A stretch of 64,000 nt of DNA from a virus. Below, piece after piece: positions 44,233 to 55,174 of this stretch; positions within the stretch are counted from its first letter, which is position 1; each line of letters begins with the position of its first letter. Made by a program: the position numbers and the translations under genes. The notes under the pieces are model-generated. The model saw only the letters and a list, made by a program, of their open reading frames with translations, made no database searches and was not told the origin of the DNA. The stretch spans positions 38,013 to 102,012 of IMG/VR virus record IMGVR_UViG_3300033273_000550; one strand, 5' to 3'.

Positions 44233-47088
44233 ATGACTTACGAAGAAATAAAAAAGCGTCTTATTAAATGTGAGAAGACTCTTATTCAACTCAAAGGTGC
44301 TCCTAAGGATTCAATATTAGATTTTGATAGTAAAGTAGATCAATTAGAAACACTTAAAGAATCTCTTCAATCCAAACTTAACGAATTTAATAATAATATT
44401 ATAGTTAAGAATAAAAAAGGAGAAACATCTGTAATAAATAATATGGATGATAAAGAAGCTAACACTCTTAAAAAAGATCCTAATGTGACCTCCATGGAAA
44501 AAACTGATGGAACAAAACTTAAAGAAGGAGAAGGTATTTCTTTTGATTTAAACGAAACTAAAGCTATTGCAAAAGAAGTAGGTAAAGCTATAATAAAAGC
44601 ACTTAGAGACCTTGGAGACGAAATAGATAAAATATCAGCAAAGGATATTGAACCTAATTCTTTTGAAATATACGTTAGATATAAAAATGACTCTGATGAT
44701 CAGTTTTCTTTTTACATCAAAGAGGACACTTTACATTTAGTCGATTTTTCATTTGATAAGGAGCTTGTAGACATAGGAGTTAAACCATCAGGTGAAGCGA
44801 TAGTACACGTAGACCATTTAGCTAATGAGTTAAAGAAGCATTTTAAATCTTTAGGAGAAGGAATGTCTGATCAAGAATTTGCTGACGCAAAAGAAAAAGA
44901 AAGATTAGAAAAACACCCGGAAAGAGATATGATAAAAAAGATTCAAGCCCTTATACAGAATGCTAATAAGAATGAAGGTGAATATGCTGCTGATAAACAT
45001 AACGTAAATGTATATGGTTATCAAACCAGGCACTTTGATATTTGCCCAGGTGCAAAAGCTTTATTCGATAGAGTAATTAAAGACGGTAGCATTAAAGATA
45101 AAGAAGGACTAAAAAGATTAGCCGAGCTTCACGATATTTTATTTACTATTGAAAAAATTGCTTTAAAAGACTCTAATAGAGCAAAACAACTTTTAGATAG
45201 AGCTATTAAAGTTGCTTCAAACATATATGTTGTAGGTAACAGAATCGGTTTAGATCAGAATACAGACCTATCTTATATTCAAGGACATATTGAAAAAATC
45301 AATGATGCTGCTAGAGAAGACGTAGAGGAAATGAAACACCCTGGGTATTCAAGAACAAAAAATCAATATGCTGGCAGAGCACGTAGCGGTAAACCTAGCC
45401 CGGAAGAGAAAGAGAAACGAGCAAAAGAACACCAAGCTTTCTTAGACAGATTAAGAAAGAAAAATAAAGAGTTAGGTCTTGATGAAGAAGAAGTAAATGA
45501 AGCTCCTGATAATATGTACTATTTTAAGGTTAAAAAAACAGATAAGGCTAGCTTAAATGGACTTCAAGATGTAATCGAAACTTGGTATAGCCCAGTTGAA
45601 TTTGCTGATATAGTAGATGATGATGGAGCAGGTAATGTAATATTTTACATTAAAAAAGAAGACTATGATGAAGGAATGATAGATGATATACATGGCAACG
45701 GTGTTGATTTAGTTGATACTAATATACCCGGTATAGGAGACAGCTCTGATGTAGCAGATACAGATTATATGCAAAGAAGAAGAGCTGAAAAAGATTATCA
45801 GCAAGAAACCGCAGACGGAGATTACGATGCTGATCAAGCACAAAAAGACGATGAAGAGGAATATGAAAGAGGATACGATGACGATGGACTTCCATTAGGA
45901 GAAGATGCTTTAGGATTTAGCGATATAGAAAAATTAGGATCTAAAGCTGCTAGTGATATTGATATTTCAGTTAGAAGAGACCCTAATTATACTTTTGGTA
46001 AAAGACCTGGTGATGATGCTAGATTAAGATATAAGTATGCTAAACAATTAGGATACCTAGAAGAAAACGAAGCAGAAGATCAAGGAGGAGACTTAGATGT
46101 AGGTCATCAAGATGATGAACCAAGTATGCTTAAATCAACTTCTTATGAAGCAGCTACATATGCTGCTAAGCTATATAAAAAATTAGCTAAGTACGACCAA
46201 TTCGATGGAGAAGTAGATTTTCCTAACTGGTGGCAATCTAAACTAATCTTAGCAAAAGATTACTTATCAAAAGCATTCCATTATTTAGACTCAGAAGAGA
46301 AGCAACCTATGATTGATAAGCTTGCTTTAGAGGGAGCTATAAAAGAAGATTCTCAAGACTCTATATATGAATTACAAGACTTATTAGAAGAACTATACAG
46401 TATAAGTAACCGTGTTAAAAGTATAATGAGAGAAAACTTTCCTCAAGCATATAGACAAGGTGAAGCTTACGGTGCTTTTGACTTCGGAACTAGTACTAAT
46501 CAGTATGATACTACTTTTGAAAAGATTCTAGAGAACTTAGGTAGTGAAGAAGATATAGATGAATTATTTGGCTCTAAAGAAGTATCAAACTATGATCAAC
46601 TTATTGGTCCTATAGAAAAAGGCTTTGCTTACCTTAAAAAATACGTAAGCAAAAAAGAACCAGATGCAATGCCAGATCTACAAAAAGCTATCGACTTTTT
46701 CGATATCTTCGATGAAAAAATGTCGTACGGTACTCATATGGAATTAGAAGAAGGGCAAGCAGCTATTAAGAAGAAATTAGATAAGATAGATTTAGCTCTT
46801 AAACAGAATAAAGATAGAACTATAGCAGTTGCAAAAACACCAGTCGATAAGAGATCTGAAGAAGATAAAGCTCATTTAATTAAGATGACTGTTCTTACAA
46901 AGCAAAAAAAAGAACTACTAGACAAATACGGAGATGCTATTGCCGGTATCAATAGAAATCAAGAACTTGATGAAAAAATAATTGAAGAAGGTGCTACATG
47001 CTGCGGTAGATGTGGAAGAGTTCATGTTAAAGGTAGTGGGTGTAAAAGACCTTATTTGAAAGGAAAAGATCACTGTAGAAATAACTAG
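44233..47088 (+). CDS. 951-aa acidic multi-module putative internal head protein
   Basis: Many short modules separated by [LIV]-x-E linkers; C-terminal Cys/His cluster. Confidence 0.65.
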   Translation: MTYEEIKKRLIKCEKTLIQLKGAPKDSILDFDSKVDQLETLKESLQSKLNEFNNNIIVKNKKGETSVINNMDDKEANTLKKDPNVTSMEKTDGTKLKEGEGISFDLNETKAIAKEVGKAIIKALRDLGDEIDKISAKDIEPNSFEIYVRYKNDSDDQFSFYIKEDTLHLVDFSFDKELVDIGVKPSGEAIVHVDHLANELKKHFKSLGEGMSDQEFADAKEKERLEKHPERDMIKKIQALIQNANKNEGEYAADKHNVNVYGYQTRHFDICPGAKALFDRVIKDGSIKDKEGLKRLAELHDILFTIEKIALKDSNRAKQLLDRAIKVASNIYVVGNRIGLDQNTDLSYIQGHIEKINDAAREDVEEMKHPGYSRTKNQYAGRARSGKPSPEEKEKRAKEHQAFLDRLRKKNKELGLDEEEVNEAPDNMYYFKVKKTDKASLNGLQDVIETWYSPVEFADIVDDDGAGNVIFYIKKEDYDEGMIDDIHGNGVDLVDTNIPGIGDSSDVADTDYMQRRRAEKDYQQETADGDYDADQAQKDDEEEYERGYDDDGLPLGEDALGFSDIEKLGSKAASDIDISVRRDPNYTFGKRPGDDARLRYKYAKQLGYLEENEAEDQGGDLDVGHQDDEPSMLKSTSYEAATYAAKLYKKLAKYDQFDGEVDFPNWWQSKLILAKDYLSKAFHYLDSEEKQPMIDKLALEGAIKEDSQDSIYELQDLLEELYSISNRVKSIMRENFPQAYRQGEAYGAFDFGTSTNQYDTTFEKILENLGSEEDIDELFGSKEVSNYDQLIGPIEKGFAYLKKYVSKKEPDAMPDLQKAIDFFDIFDEKMSYGTHMELEEGQAAIKKKLDKIDLALKQNKDRTIAVAKTPVDKRSEEDKAHLIKMTVLTKQKKELLDKYGDAIAGINRNQELDEKIIEEGATCCGRCGRVHVKGSGCKRPYLKGKDHCRNN

Positions 47089-47089
47089 T

Positions 47090-47806
47090 ATGAAAAAAAG
47101 TAAATTCAAAAAGATTATTTTAGAAGCATATGAAGAAACATTATTAGAGTTCTCTTCTAAACTAAATGAATCTTTAGTAGATGAAATAGAAGATACAGAT
47201 AGATATAACGTTAAGGATAACGATTATGAAGTATCTCAAGATGGAATTAGACCTCTAGATATACAGGAAGAAGACGAACCTAAACCGGAAGAACCTGGAG
47301 AAGAAAAAGGAGCTGTACTAGAAGATGCCACAGATAAGATACTATCTAAATTCCCTACTTTAAAAGCTGCTTTAATTAAGCTACAGACAGAAGATTTTAA
47401 ACAATTTGTCGAAAGTATAGATTGGGTTTCTCCTAGACCTACTTCTTTTAGAATTAACCTTAAGAATGGACAAGATTTTATCTTGAAATGGCAAGGAGAA
47501 GGATTTGAAGCTAACATCTTAGGTAAAAGGTACTACCTTAACAAAATTGATGACTACCAACAAGCTTTAGATAAACTAGAAGTACTATACAGAGAAGCAC
47601 CTATGAAGGGAGCAGGAGAAGATGAAGAAGGAGCAGATTTTGATTCCGGTGGATCATCTGGTGGTGGAGGCGGAGATTTTCCTGGAGAAGAAGGCGGTGG
47701 AGACGCCGGAGGTGATAAAGCACCAGAAGCCGGAGGAGAAGAAGGTGGAGCAGATTTATCCGACGAACCAGTAGATTTTGAAGCAGGAGAAGAACCAGAA
47801 GCATAA
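47090..47806 (+). CDS. Putative head protein with acidic Gly-rich tail
   Basis: MKKSKFKKIILE leader. Confidence 0.6.
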   Translation: MKKSKFKKIILEAYEETLLEFSSKLNESLVDEIEDTDRYNVKDNDYEVSQDGIRPLDIQEEDEPKPEEPGEEKGAVLEDATDKILSKFPTLKAALIKLQTEDFKQFVESIDWVSPRPTSFRINLKNGQDFILKWQGEGFEANILGKRYYLNKIDDYQQALDKLEVLYREAPMKGAGEDEEGADFDSGGSSGGGGGDFPGEEGGGDAGGDKAPEAGGEEGGADLSDEPVDFEAGEEPEA

Positions 47807-47807
47807 T

Positions 47808-48815
47808 ATGGACTTAATTAATAAATTATATACCGAATGGGCCTGGAGATCTAAATCAGGTGCTCCTAATATTAATAACCCAGAAGATAAGGCTATACTT
47901 AATAGCATTATAAAAGAATTAACAGGTATAGAACAACTAGAAGAAGAATTAGTTGTAGTAGAGGCTGATGGCAGTCAATACGAACAAGTAATAGCGTATG
48001 CACTTTTTAAAGATACTAAAAAAGTAGATGAAATTCCTAACGTAAATAAAAAATATCAATTAGGGAGTAACGATAATGTAGACAGTAAGGATTTAGAAAT
48101 TTGGAAAAAACTTTATCCAGTTAAACCACCAAAAGCTGGTAAAGAAATAGGAACAGCTGGTTCCTTAGGTGCTGGGAATGGTGAAGTTGCACTTTACTGG
48201 TTACTCACCAGATCCGGGTACGATGTTGCTGATGGTAGAGGAGACGAACAACCAGACCTTGTTATAAATAACTCTATAGGACTTGAGGTTAAGGCATACG
48301 GTAAACGTAATATTACCTTAGGTAGATTTGGTAAAGATTATGATACAAGAAAAAAATTAGGATTGGTATTAGGTTTAGATGTACTTATTTCAAATCTTAC
48401 TGGAGAAGATAGAGCTGCATCAATAGATTCTTTTAATAAAGATGAATTGATTAGAGGTTTTGCAACTTTAGCTAAATTTTCTACTAATTCTAATTTAAGA
48501 GGAGCAGCAAATGATTTTGAAGTGATAAATGAAATTTATAAAAGAGTAGACGGTTTAACCGCAGATCTAGGATTAGACCAATCTTTTAAACCTAAAGAAG
48601 GAGCAGCTGCTATTTTAAGACAGTTATTAGAAACCAAAGCTTCTAAGAAACCAGGATACGGAGGATATATGGTTGATGTATCTGAGGATGGGAAACTACA
48701 ATATATTCAAGTTACAGAGGAAAAAATTAACGCATTAGATGCTGATACAATTCTAAAATACGTTAGTGCTAACGGATCAGCATTAAAAATATACCCAGAA
48801 GAGTTATTCGGGTAA
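47808..48815 (+). CDS. Putative PD-(D/E)XK nuclease-fold protein
   Basis: G.GE.AL...PDL...LEVK. Confidence 0.55.
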   Translation: MDLINKLYTEWAWRSKSGAPNINNPEDKAILNSIIKELTGIEQLEEELVVVEADGSQYEQVIAYALFKDTKKVDEIPNVNKKYQLGSNDNVDSKDLEIWKKLYPVKPPKAGKEIGTAGSLGAGNGEVALYWLLTRSGYDVADGRGDEQPDLVINNSIGLEVKAYGKRNITLGRFGKDYDTRKKLGLVLGLDVLISNLTGEDRAASIDSFNKDELIRGFATLAKFSTNSNLRGAANDFEVINEIYKRVDGLTADLGLDQSFKPKEGAAAILRQLLETKASKKPGYGGYMVDVSEDGKLQYIQVTEEKINALDADTILKYVSANGSALKIYPEELFG

Positions 48816-48821
48816 AACGTT

Positions 48822-50396
48822 ATGGCAAAAGACATAAAAAAAATAATCGCACAGGAGTATATTAAGTGCGCAAAAGATCCTGCATACTTCATGCGGAAGT
48901 ACTGTTATATACAACACCCTACTAGAGGTAGAATTTTATTTAGTCTTTATCCTTTCCAAGAAAAAGTATTACATTTATTTAGAGATAATCAGTATATCAT
49001 TACTCTTAAATCTAGACAGTTAGGTATTTCCACTCTAGCTTCTGCATACAGTTTATGGTTAATGATATTCCATAAAGATAAAAACGTTTTAGCCTTAGCA
49101 ACTACTCAAGCTACAGCTCGTAACTTAGTAACCAAAGTCATTTTTATGTATGACCAGTTACCTAAATGGCTTAGACTACCAGCTGTTGAAAAAAATAAAT
49201 TATCATTAAGATTAAAGAATGGTTCGAGAGTACAGGCTAAATCCTCTAATACTGATGCAGCAAGATCTGAAGCGGTATCTCTTTTATTAATTGATGAGGC
49301 AGCATTTATTGATAATATTGAAGAGACATTTACTGCAGCACAACAAACCCTAGCAACAGGTGGTCAGTGTATGGCATTATCAACTCCTAACGGTATTGGT
49401 AACTGGTTCCATTTAACATGGGAAAAAGCAGTTACTGGAGAAAATAGTTTTGTACCTATTAGATTACCTTGGACAGTACATCCTGAAAGAGACCAGAAAT
49501 GGAGAGACCAACAAGATGCTGATTTAGGTAACAGAATGGCTGGACAGGAATGTGATTGTGACTTCCTTGCTTCTGGTGATACTGTCTTTGAACCTGACGA
49601 TATGACATTCTACGAACAGACATATCAAACAGACCCTATGGAACGAAGAGGTGTGGATGGTAACTTATGGGTATGGGAAGGTGTAGATTATAGCAAATCT
49701 TATATGGTAGTAGCTGATGTCGCTAGAGGTGATTCTAGTGACTATTCTGCTTTTCATATCTTTGATATTGAAAACTGTACTCAAGTTGCAGAATATAAAG
49801 GTAAGTTATCTCCAAAAGACTTCGGTAATGTACTTGTTGGAATAGCTGCAGAATACAACGATGCACTTCTTGTAGTAGAAAATGCAAATATTGGTTGGGC
49901 TACTATAGAGCAAGTATTAGAAAGAGAATATAGAAATTTATACTACAGTTCTACTGCTAATATGGAATCAGTAGAATCCTATATGCATAAGTTTGAAAGA
50001 GATAAATTAGTACCTGGCTTTACTATGTCTGCTAGAACACGACCTCTAGTAATAGCTAAAATGATTGAGTATATAAGAGAAAAATCAGTTACCATACATT
50101 CAAAGAGACTTATGAATGAAATGAGAGTATTTGTATGGAAGAACGGTAAAGCTCAAGCTCAAGATAGATATAACGATGACCTTCTAATGGCTTGTGCTAC
50201 TGCATTATATGTAAGAGATACTGCACTTAGGCTTAGACAGCAAGGTATGGACTTAGCTAGAGCACAGCTATCTTCATTCTCTAATCTTAACGCTAAAAAT
50301 GCAGCTGTTATAAGAACAGTTGGAAATAAGGTAGAAAATCCTTATATTTTAAATACCCCTGGTGGACAAGAAGATATCACCTGGTTAATAAAATAG
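48822..50396 (+). CDS. terL: Terminase large subunit
   Basis: LYPFQ, KSRQLGIS, IDEAAF, STPNG, DVARG..DYSA and DDLLMA motifs. Confidence 0.95.
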   Translation: MAKDIKKIIAQEYIKCAKDPAYFMRKYCYIQHPTRGRILFSLYPFQEKVLHLFRDNQYIITLKSRQLGISTLASAYSLWLMIFHKDKNVLALATTQATARNLVTKVIFMYDQLPKWLRLPAVEKNKLSLRLKNGSRVQAKSSNTDAARSEAVSLLLIDEAAFIDNIEETFTAAQQTLATGGQCMALSTPNGIGNWFHLTWEKAVTGENSFVPIRLPWTVHPERDQKWRDQQDADLGNRMAGQECDCDFLASGDTVFEPDDMTFYEQTYQTDPMERRGVDGNLWVWEGVDYSKSYMVVADVARGDSSDYSAFHIFDIENCTQVAEYKGKLSPKDFGNVLVGIAAEYNDALLVVENANIGWATIEQVLEREYRNLYYSSTANMESVESYMHKFERDKLVPGFTMSARTRPLVIAKMIEYIREKSVTIHSKRLMNEMRVFVWKNGKAQAQDRYNDDLLMACATALYVRDTALRLRQQGMDLARAQLSSFSNLNAKNAAVIRTVGNKVENPYILNTPGGQEDITWLIK

Positions 50397-50424
50397 ACTA
50401 TTTATATATAAAAATTAAAGACTA

Positions 50425-52320
50425 ATGGCGGATACTTCATTGTTTGGTAGACTAAGAAGATTATTCTCCTCCGATATCGTGGTAAGAAACGTTGGGGGTA
50501 ATCAACTTAAGATCGCCGATGTAAACCAAATACAAACAACTGGTAGATACCAGACTAATTCGTTAGTAGATAGATTTAGTAGACTCTATATCTATAATAA
50601 TAAAAATATTTTTAATCCTAATCTTAACTACCAAACGTTAAGAATACAGCTTTATTCTGATTATGAAGCTATGGATACCGATCCTATCATTGCATCAGCA
50701 TTAGATATTATCGCTGATGAAGCTACAGTAAAAAACGATCAAAATGAGATTTTAACTATAAAATCCTCAGATGAGAATATTCAACGAGTTCTTTATAATT
50801 TATTCTATGATGTACTTAACATCGAGTTTAACTTATGGTCTTGGACAAGGAATATGTGTAAATACGGAGACTTTTTCTTAAAGCTAGAAATAGCAGAGAA
50901 GTTCGGAGTTTACAATGTTCTACCTTATACAGTATATCACATGGTAAGGCGAGAAGGAGAAGACCCAGAAAATCCTGCTAAAGTAATTTTTCAACTAGAT
51001 CCTGATGGATTAGCTTCTTCTCAAAACCCTAATTACCTTCCTAAACGTAAAAGTGATAAGAGAGTAGTAGATTTTGATAATTATGAAGTAGCTCACTTTA
51101 GATTAATATCTGATACTTCTTACTTACCTTATGGACGTTCTTACTTAGAGCCTGCAAGAAAGATATTTAAGCAAGTTACTTTGATGGAGGATGCTATGTT
51201 AATTCATAGAATAATGAGAGCTCCTGAAAAGAGAATGTTCTATATTAATGTAGGAAACGTTCCACCAAATGAAGTAGAGCAGTTTATGCAAAAGACTATC
51301 AATCAAATGAAAAAAACTCCTTATGTAGGAGAAGATGGTCAGTATAATCTAAGATTTAATTTGCAGAATATGATGGAAGATTTTTACCTGCCGGTAAGGG
51401 GAGGAGATTCTTCTACTAGGATTGAGACCACTAAAGGTCTAGATTATGACGGTGTAACTGACGTTAGGTACTTACAAGAAAAAATGTTTGCTGCTCTTAA
51501 GATACCGAAAGCTTATTTTGGCTTTGAAGGAGATCTTAACGGTAAAGCAACACTAGCCGCTGAAGATATTAGATTTGCTAGAACAGTAGAAAGAATCCAA
51601 AGAATAATGGAATCAGAGTTAACTAAAATTGCTCTAGTACATTTATACTCTCAAGGATTTACCGGTGAAAGCCTTACTAACTTTGAAATTAAACTTACTA
51701 CTCCATCTATTATTTTTGAACAAGAGAAAGTAGCACTACTAAAGGAAAAGGTTGATCTTGCTAATCAGATGAAAGATACTAAAATGTTCTCTACAGATTA
51801 TATCTATGAAAACATATTTGATATGTCAGAAGATGCTTATATGGAAATGAGAGATTTAGTTAGAGAAGATTCTAAGAGACTCTTTAGACTAGCACAGATA
51901 GAAGGTGAAGGAAACGATCCTGCTAAGTCTGGTATGACATACGGTACTCCTCATGATCTAGCTTCTATGTACGGTAGAAGAGCTACTTCTACTCCTAAAG
52001 GAGCAGGAGATGGTGAAGTACCTACTGGCTATGAAGATACCCCAAGCTGGGGGGAACCTGGACCAGAAGGTGGAAGACCAAGAGAAAAAGCATCTGTCTA
52101 CGGTACCAACGATAATCCGTTAGGAGGTAGAGATCCATTAGGACAGCATGGTATGAAAGGCGGATACCCTTCAGACAACGATAACGTTATGGAAAATACG
52201 TCTACTCAAAAAGTTTATTTACAAAATAAAGAAGATCTAAAGAATATTGTTTTTGAAAAAACTAAGGAGGAAGAGAGTAACTTACTTAAAGAGGACAATA
52301 TAAAAGATTTAGAGAAATAA
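50425..52320 (+). CDS. Portal protein (T4 gp20-like)
   Basis: PYGRS.LE, MEDAMLIHRI.RAPEKR.FYI.VG and EDFYLP.RG motifs. Confidence 0.93.
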   Translation: MADTSLFGRLRRLFSSDIVVRNVGGNQLKIADVNQIQTTGRYQTNSLVDRFSRLYIYNNKNIFNPNLNYQTLRIQLYSDYEAMDTDPIIASALDIIADEATVKNDQNEILTIKSSDENIQRVLYNLFYDVLNIEFNLWSWTRNMCKYGDFFLKLEIAEKFGVYNVLPYTVYHMVRREGEDPENPAKVIFQLDPDGLASSQNPNYLPKRKSDKRVVDFDNYEVAHFRLISDTSYLPYGRSYLEPARKIFKQVTLMEDAMLIHRIMRAPEKRMFYINVGNVPPNEVEQFMQKTINQMKKTPYVGEDGQYNLRFNLQNMMEDFYLPVRGGDSSTRIETTKGLDYDGVTDVRYLQEKMFAALKIPKAYFGFEGDLNGKATLAAEDIRFARTVERIQRIMESELTKIALVHLYSQGFTGESLTNFEIKLTTPSIIFEQEKVALLKEKVDLANQMKDTKMFSTDYIYENIFDMSEDAYMEMRDLVREDSKRLFRLAQIEGEGNDPAKSGMTYGTPHDLASMYGRRATSTPKGAGDGEVPTGYEDTPSWGEPGPEGGRPREKASVYGTNDNPLGGRDPLGQHGMKGGYPSDNDNVMENTSTQKVYLQNKEDLKNIVFEKTKEEESNLLKEDNIKDLEK

Positions 52321-52348
52321 TACATATTTATAATAGTAAACGTATATA

Positions 52349-53203
52349 ATGAAAATAAAACATTCAAAATATCGTAACACAGGATTAATATTCGAATTGC
52401 TAGTAAAGCAAATAGCAGTCGATACCCTGAATAACGAAGACTCAAAAGCAGTACAGATACTTAAGAAGTATTTTACTGGTAAGTCTGTATTAGGAAAAGA
52501 ATATAAATTATACGAATTTATTTCGAAAAATAATAAACTCAATCAAACAAAAGCAGAAGCAGTTTTATCTACAATTACTGAAGTATCGAGAAAGTTATCT
52601 CAAGATGCTTTAAAAACTCAAAAATATAATCTCATCTCTGATATTAAGGAGAGCTATAATATTGAAGAGTTTTTTGGTATGGAAGTAGCTAACTATAAAT
52701 CTCTTGCTGCATTATATTGTTTGTTAGAAGCTCAAAATAGTAACTCATTAGTTGATCCTCAATTTTTAGTTAACAATAAAGTAACTATATTAGAACATTT
52801 AACTTCTAATCCTCAAACTAAAGAAGACGTAAAAGATAGTCTTATTGAAGATTATAGTAAGTACGATAAGGATTTAAAAATGCTTACGTTTAAAATTCTA
52901 TTAGAAAAGTTTAACGATAAGTATAAAGATTTACTACCAGAGCAAAAAAATATACTAAAAGAATTTATAACCTCAGTTAATTCTAATAAGAAGCTACATA
53001 CATTAGTTAATACAGAATTAGAAAAAATTAAGAGTATAGTAGAGGAATTAAGTAATAACATTACCGATGATGTTACAAAAATTAAGTTGACTGAGATTTG
53101 TAAAGGTATTAAGTTAGTATCTAAAACTCAAAAGATTAATGATACTCATTTAGTTAACCTTATGCAATATTATGATCTAGTAAACGAGTTAAAAAACTTA
53201 TGA
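52349..53203 (+). CDS. Conserved head-module protein
   Basis: KHSK.RNTGL.FELL start; lies between portal and protease. Confidence 0.65.
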   Translation: MKIKHSKYRNTGLIFELLVKQIAVDTLNNEDSKAVQILKKYFTGKSVLGKEYKLYEFISKNNKLNQTKAEAVLSTITEVSRKLSQDALKTQKYNLISDIKESYNIEEFFGMEVANYKSLAALYCLLEAQNSNSLVDPQFLVNNKVTILEHLTSNPQTKEDVKDSLIEDYSKYDKDLKMLTFKILLEKFNDKYKDLLPEQKNILKEFITSVNSNKKLHTLVNTELEKIKSIVEELSNNITDDVTKIKLTEICKGIKLVSKTQKINDTHLVNLMQYYDLVNELKNL

Positions 53204-53433
53204 CAAGATCTCAACTAATTCAATTAGTAAAAGAAGTAATGCAGGAATTACATGAAGTAAACACTACCAGCTCAGGTGGCGCTTCATTTACACCAGGAGA
53301 CGGAGCACAATATGCTACTCCTGCTGCGTTTGGAAAAGCAACTAGAGCTAAAAAGACTTTAACAAAGTTAGGTTTTAAACAGGTAAGCCGACCTAAGAGG
53401 CCATCACATACTAAAGGATTTGACTATTTATAA
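53200..53433 (+). CDS. Putative internal head protein
   Basis: LVKEVMQELHE leader followed by a basic tail. Confidence 0.55.
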   Translation: MTRSQLIQLVKEVMQELHEVNTTSSGGASFTPGDGAQYATPAAFGKATRAKKTLTKLGFKQVSRPKRPSHTKGFDYL

Positions 53434-53435
53434 AG

Positions 53436-54932
53436 ATGAGACAAAAAACAGTAACTGAAAGATATAAAGCTGTCTGCGAAGGAAAGATGGCTGAAAGGGA
53501 ATTCGTTCGTCAAATGAGACAGGAATACCCAATGCATATTACTCAATTTAACGGATTTAAGGATTCAGTTCAGATACTTAAGAATAGAGGTTTACTTTTT
53601 GAAGAAAAGAAAATTTCTGTTAACCCTAAGTACGATGAAAGACCTAAAAGAGATTATCCATTAGATGCTCTTGAAAGAGGTATTAGATATGAACTAGAAG
53701 CATCCGGTGTTGACTCGGTAGATAAATTTAATATTACTGCAGATCAGTTTACTAAAGCTGAACAAAAAGCTAAGAAAAATTTAGAAAAAGATCCTTTACA
53801 TTATATAAATCTTATTTCTGGTGAATCATCTAAAGTTGATAAACACGACAAAGAAGTAGAAATAAAAAGAGGTGAAGGTAAGGTAGACGTATTTAACGGG
53901 CTTAAAAAAGCTAATCTTAGAGAAGGAGTAGAAGAAGCTGAAAAGAAAGAACTCCCTAAATCTATTGCAGATAAAGAAAGAGACCAGATTGAAAAAGATG
54001 CTAAGAAAGCTAAAGGAATGATAAAAGAAGATCCTAAAGAAAATATTATAGCTGTAGCGAAAGCGATTAGAGAAAAGTACGGCATGATACCTGGGTTTAA
54101 CATCTTATTAAAAGACTTCTTATTTACACATCAGCATGAAATTAAAGCTGGTGAAGTAACAGATCCGATTGGTGAGTTCGATAATTTTGTTGATGCAAAC
54201 TACGATAGATTAGATGAGAAAGAAGATGTAGTTAATGAAAGAGTAGGTGCATTACAAGAATTTATCTCTCTAATTCAAGATAGAGCAGCAGAATCAGGAT
54301 TTAGTGAAGCTGAAGAAGCTGCTGAAGTAATCGAAGCTTTACAAGATCATTATAACCTAAGCGAAAAGAAAGGAACAGATCACGACAAAGATGGAGATAT
54401 AGACTCAGACGACTACATGGCTGCTAAAGATAAAGCTATCAAAAAAGCTATGGGTAAAGATGAGCAGTTAAAAGAAGTAGTAAAGAACATAATTAGAAAA
54501 AGTTTAGAAGAAGGAGTACTTAACGAGGCAGCTACTAATCAACTAGCAGACATTGCTGATCAGTATGAAGGCTTTGAAGGAATGAAACAGACTATATTAG
54601 CTCTTCAAAACATAGTTACTGAGATTGAATTATTTTATGATAAGACTAGAGGTAAAGTCCAAAAGATTTATGATTCTATTGGAGAAGTTAGAAATGAAGA
54701 AGGACTTAAAGTAGGACCGTATCTAGCTCCTGCTATTGAAGCTGCTTTTAGAAAAGACCTTAATCCGGTAACAAAAGCTGGATTTACAAAAGGTTTAGAA
54801 GTACCTAAAGTAAGAGTAATTTCTCAAAAAGATATTGACGCACATAATTCCGGAGAAGCACCGCTAGGTGAATCAGAACCTAAACAAACAATATTTTCTC
54901 CTGTGAACGAAAAAAGAAATAACAATGAATAA
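53436..54932 (+). CDS. Multi-module putative prohead core protein
   Basis: Repeated [LIV]-x-E; DHDKDGDIDSDD EF-hand-like loop. Confidence 0.6.
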   Translation: MRQKTVTERYKAVCEGKMAEREFVRQMRQEYPMHITQFNGFKDSVQILKNRGLLFEEKKISVNPKYDERPKRDYPLDALERGIRYELEASGVDSVDKFNITADQFTKAEQKAKKNLEKDPLHYINLISGESSKVDKHDKEVEIKRGEGKVDVFNGLKKANLREGVEEAEKKELPKSIADKERDQIEKDAKKAKGMIKEDPKENIIAVAKAIREKYGMIPGFNILLKDFLFTHQHEIKAGEVTDPIGEFDNFVDANYDRLDEKEDVVNERVGALQEFISLIQDRAAESGFSEAEEAAEVIEALQDHYNLSEKKGTDHDKDGDIDSDDYMAAKDKAIKKAMGKDEQLKEVVKNIIRKSLEEGVLNEAATNQLADIADQYEGFEGMKQTILALQNIVTEIELFYDKTRGKVQKIYDSIGEVRNEEGLKVGPYLAPAIEAAFRKDLNPVTKAGFTKGLEVPKVRVISQKDIDAHNSGEAPLGESEPKQTIFSPVNEKRNNNE

Positions 54933-55170
54933 TTTTGATCTAAAAAAATTCTTAACGGAAAATAAATTAAAAAAAGCAGGGTATACTAGTATGCCTGGTA
55001 GACTAGCTATTCAAGGCTCAAAAGAGTTTGAATCAGCACACCATAACGGAGAGATTACTCCTGCTGAATATATGAAAGATGTTCTTAGTGGAATGAAAGA
55101 GTTAGACCATTTAGATCAAGAATCTGTTATTATTCTAAAAGCAATTGGTAGACAAGATTTAATCGGATAA
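54925..55170 (+). CDS. Putative internal head protein
   Basis: MNNFDLKKFLTE leader. Confidence 0.55.
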   Translation: MNNFDLKKFLTENKLKKAGYTSMPGRLAIQGSKEFESAHHNGEITPAEYMKDVLSGMKELDHLDQESVIILKAIGRQDLIG

Positions 55171-55174
55171 AATT

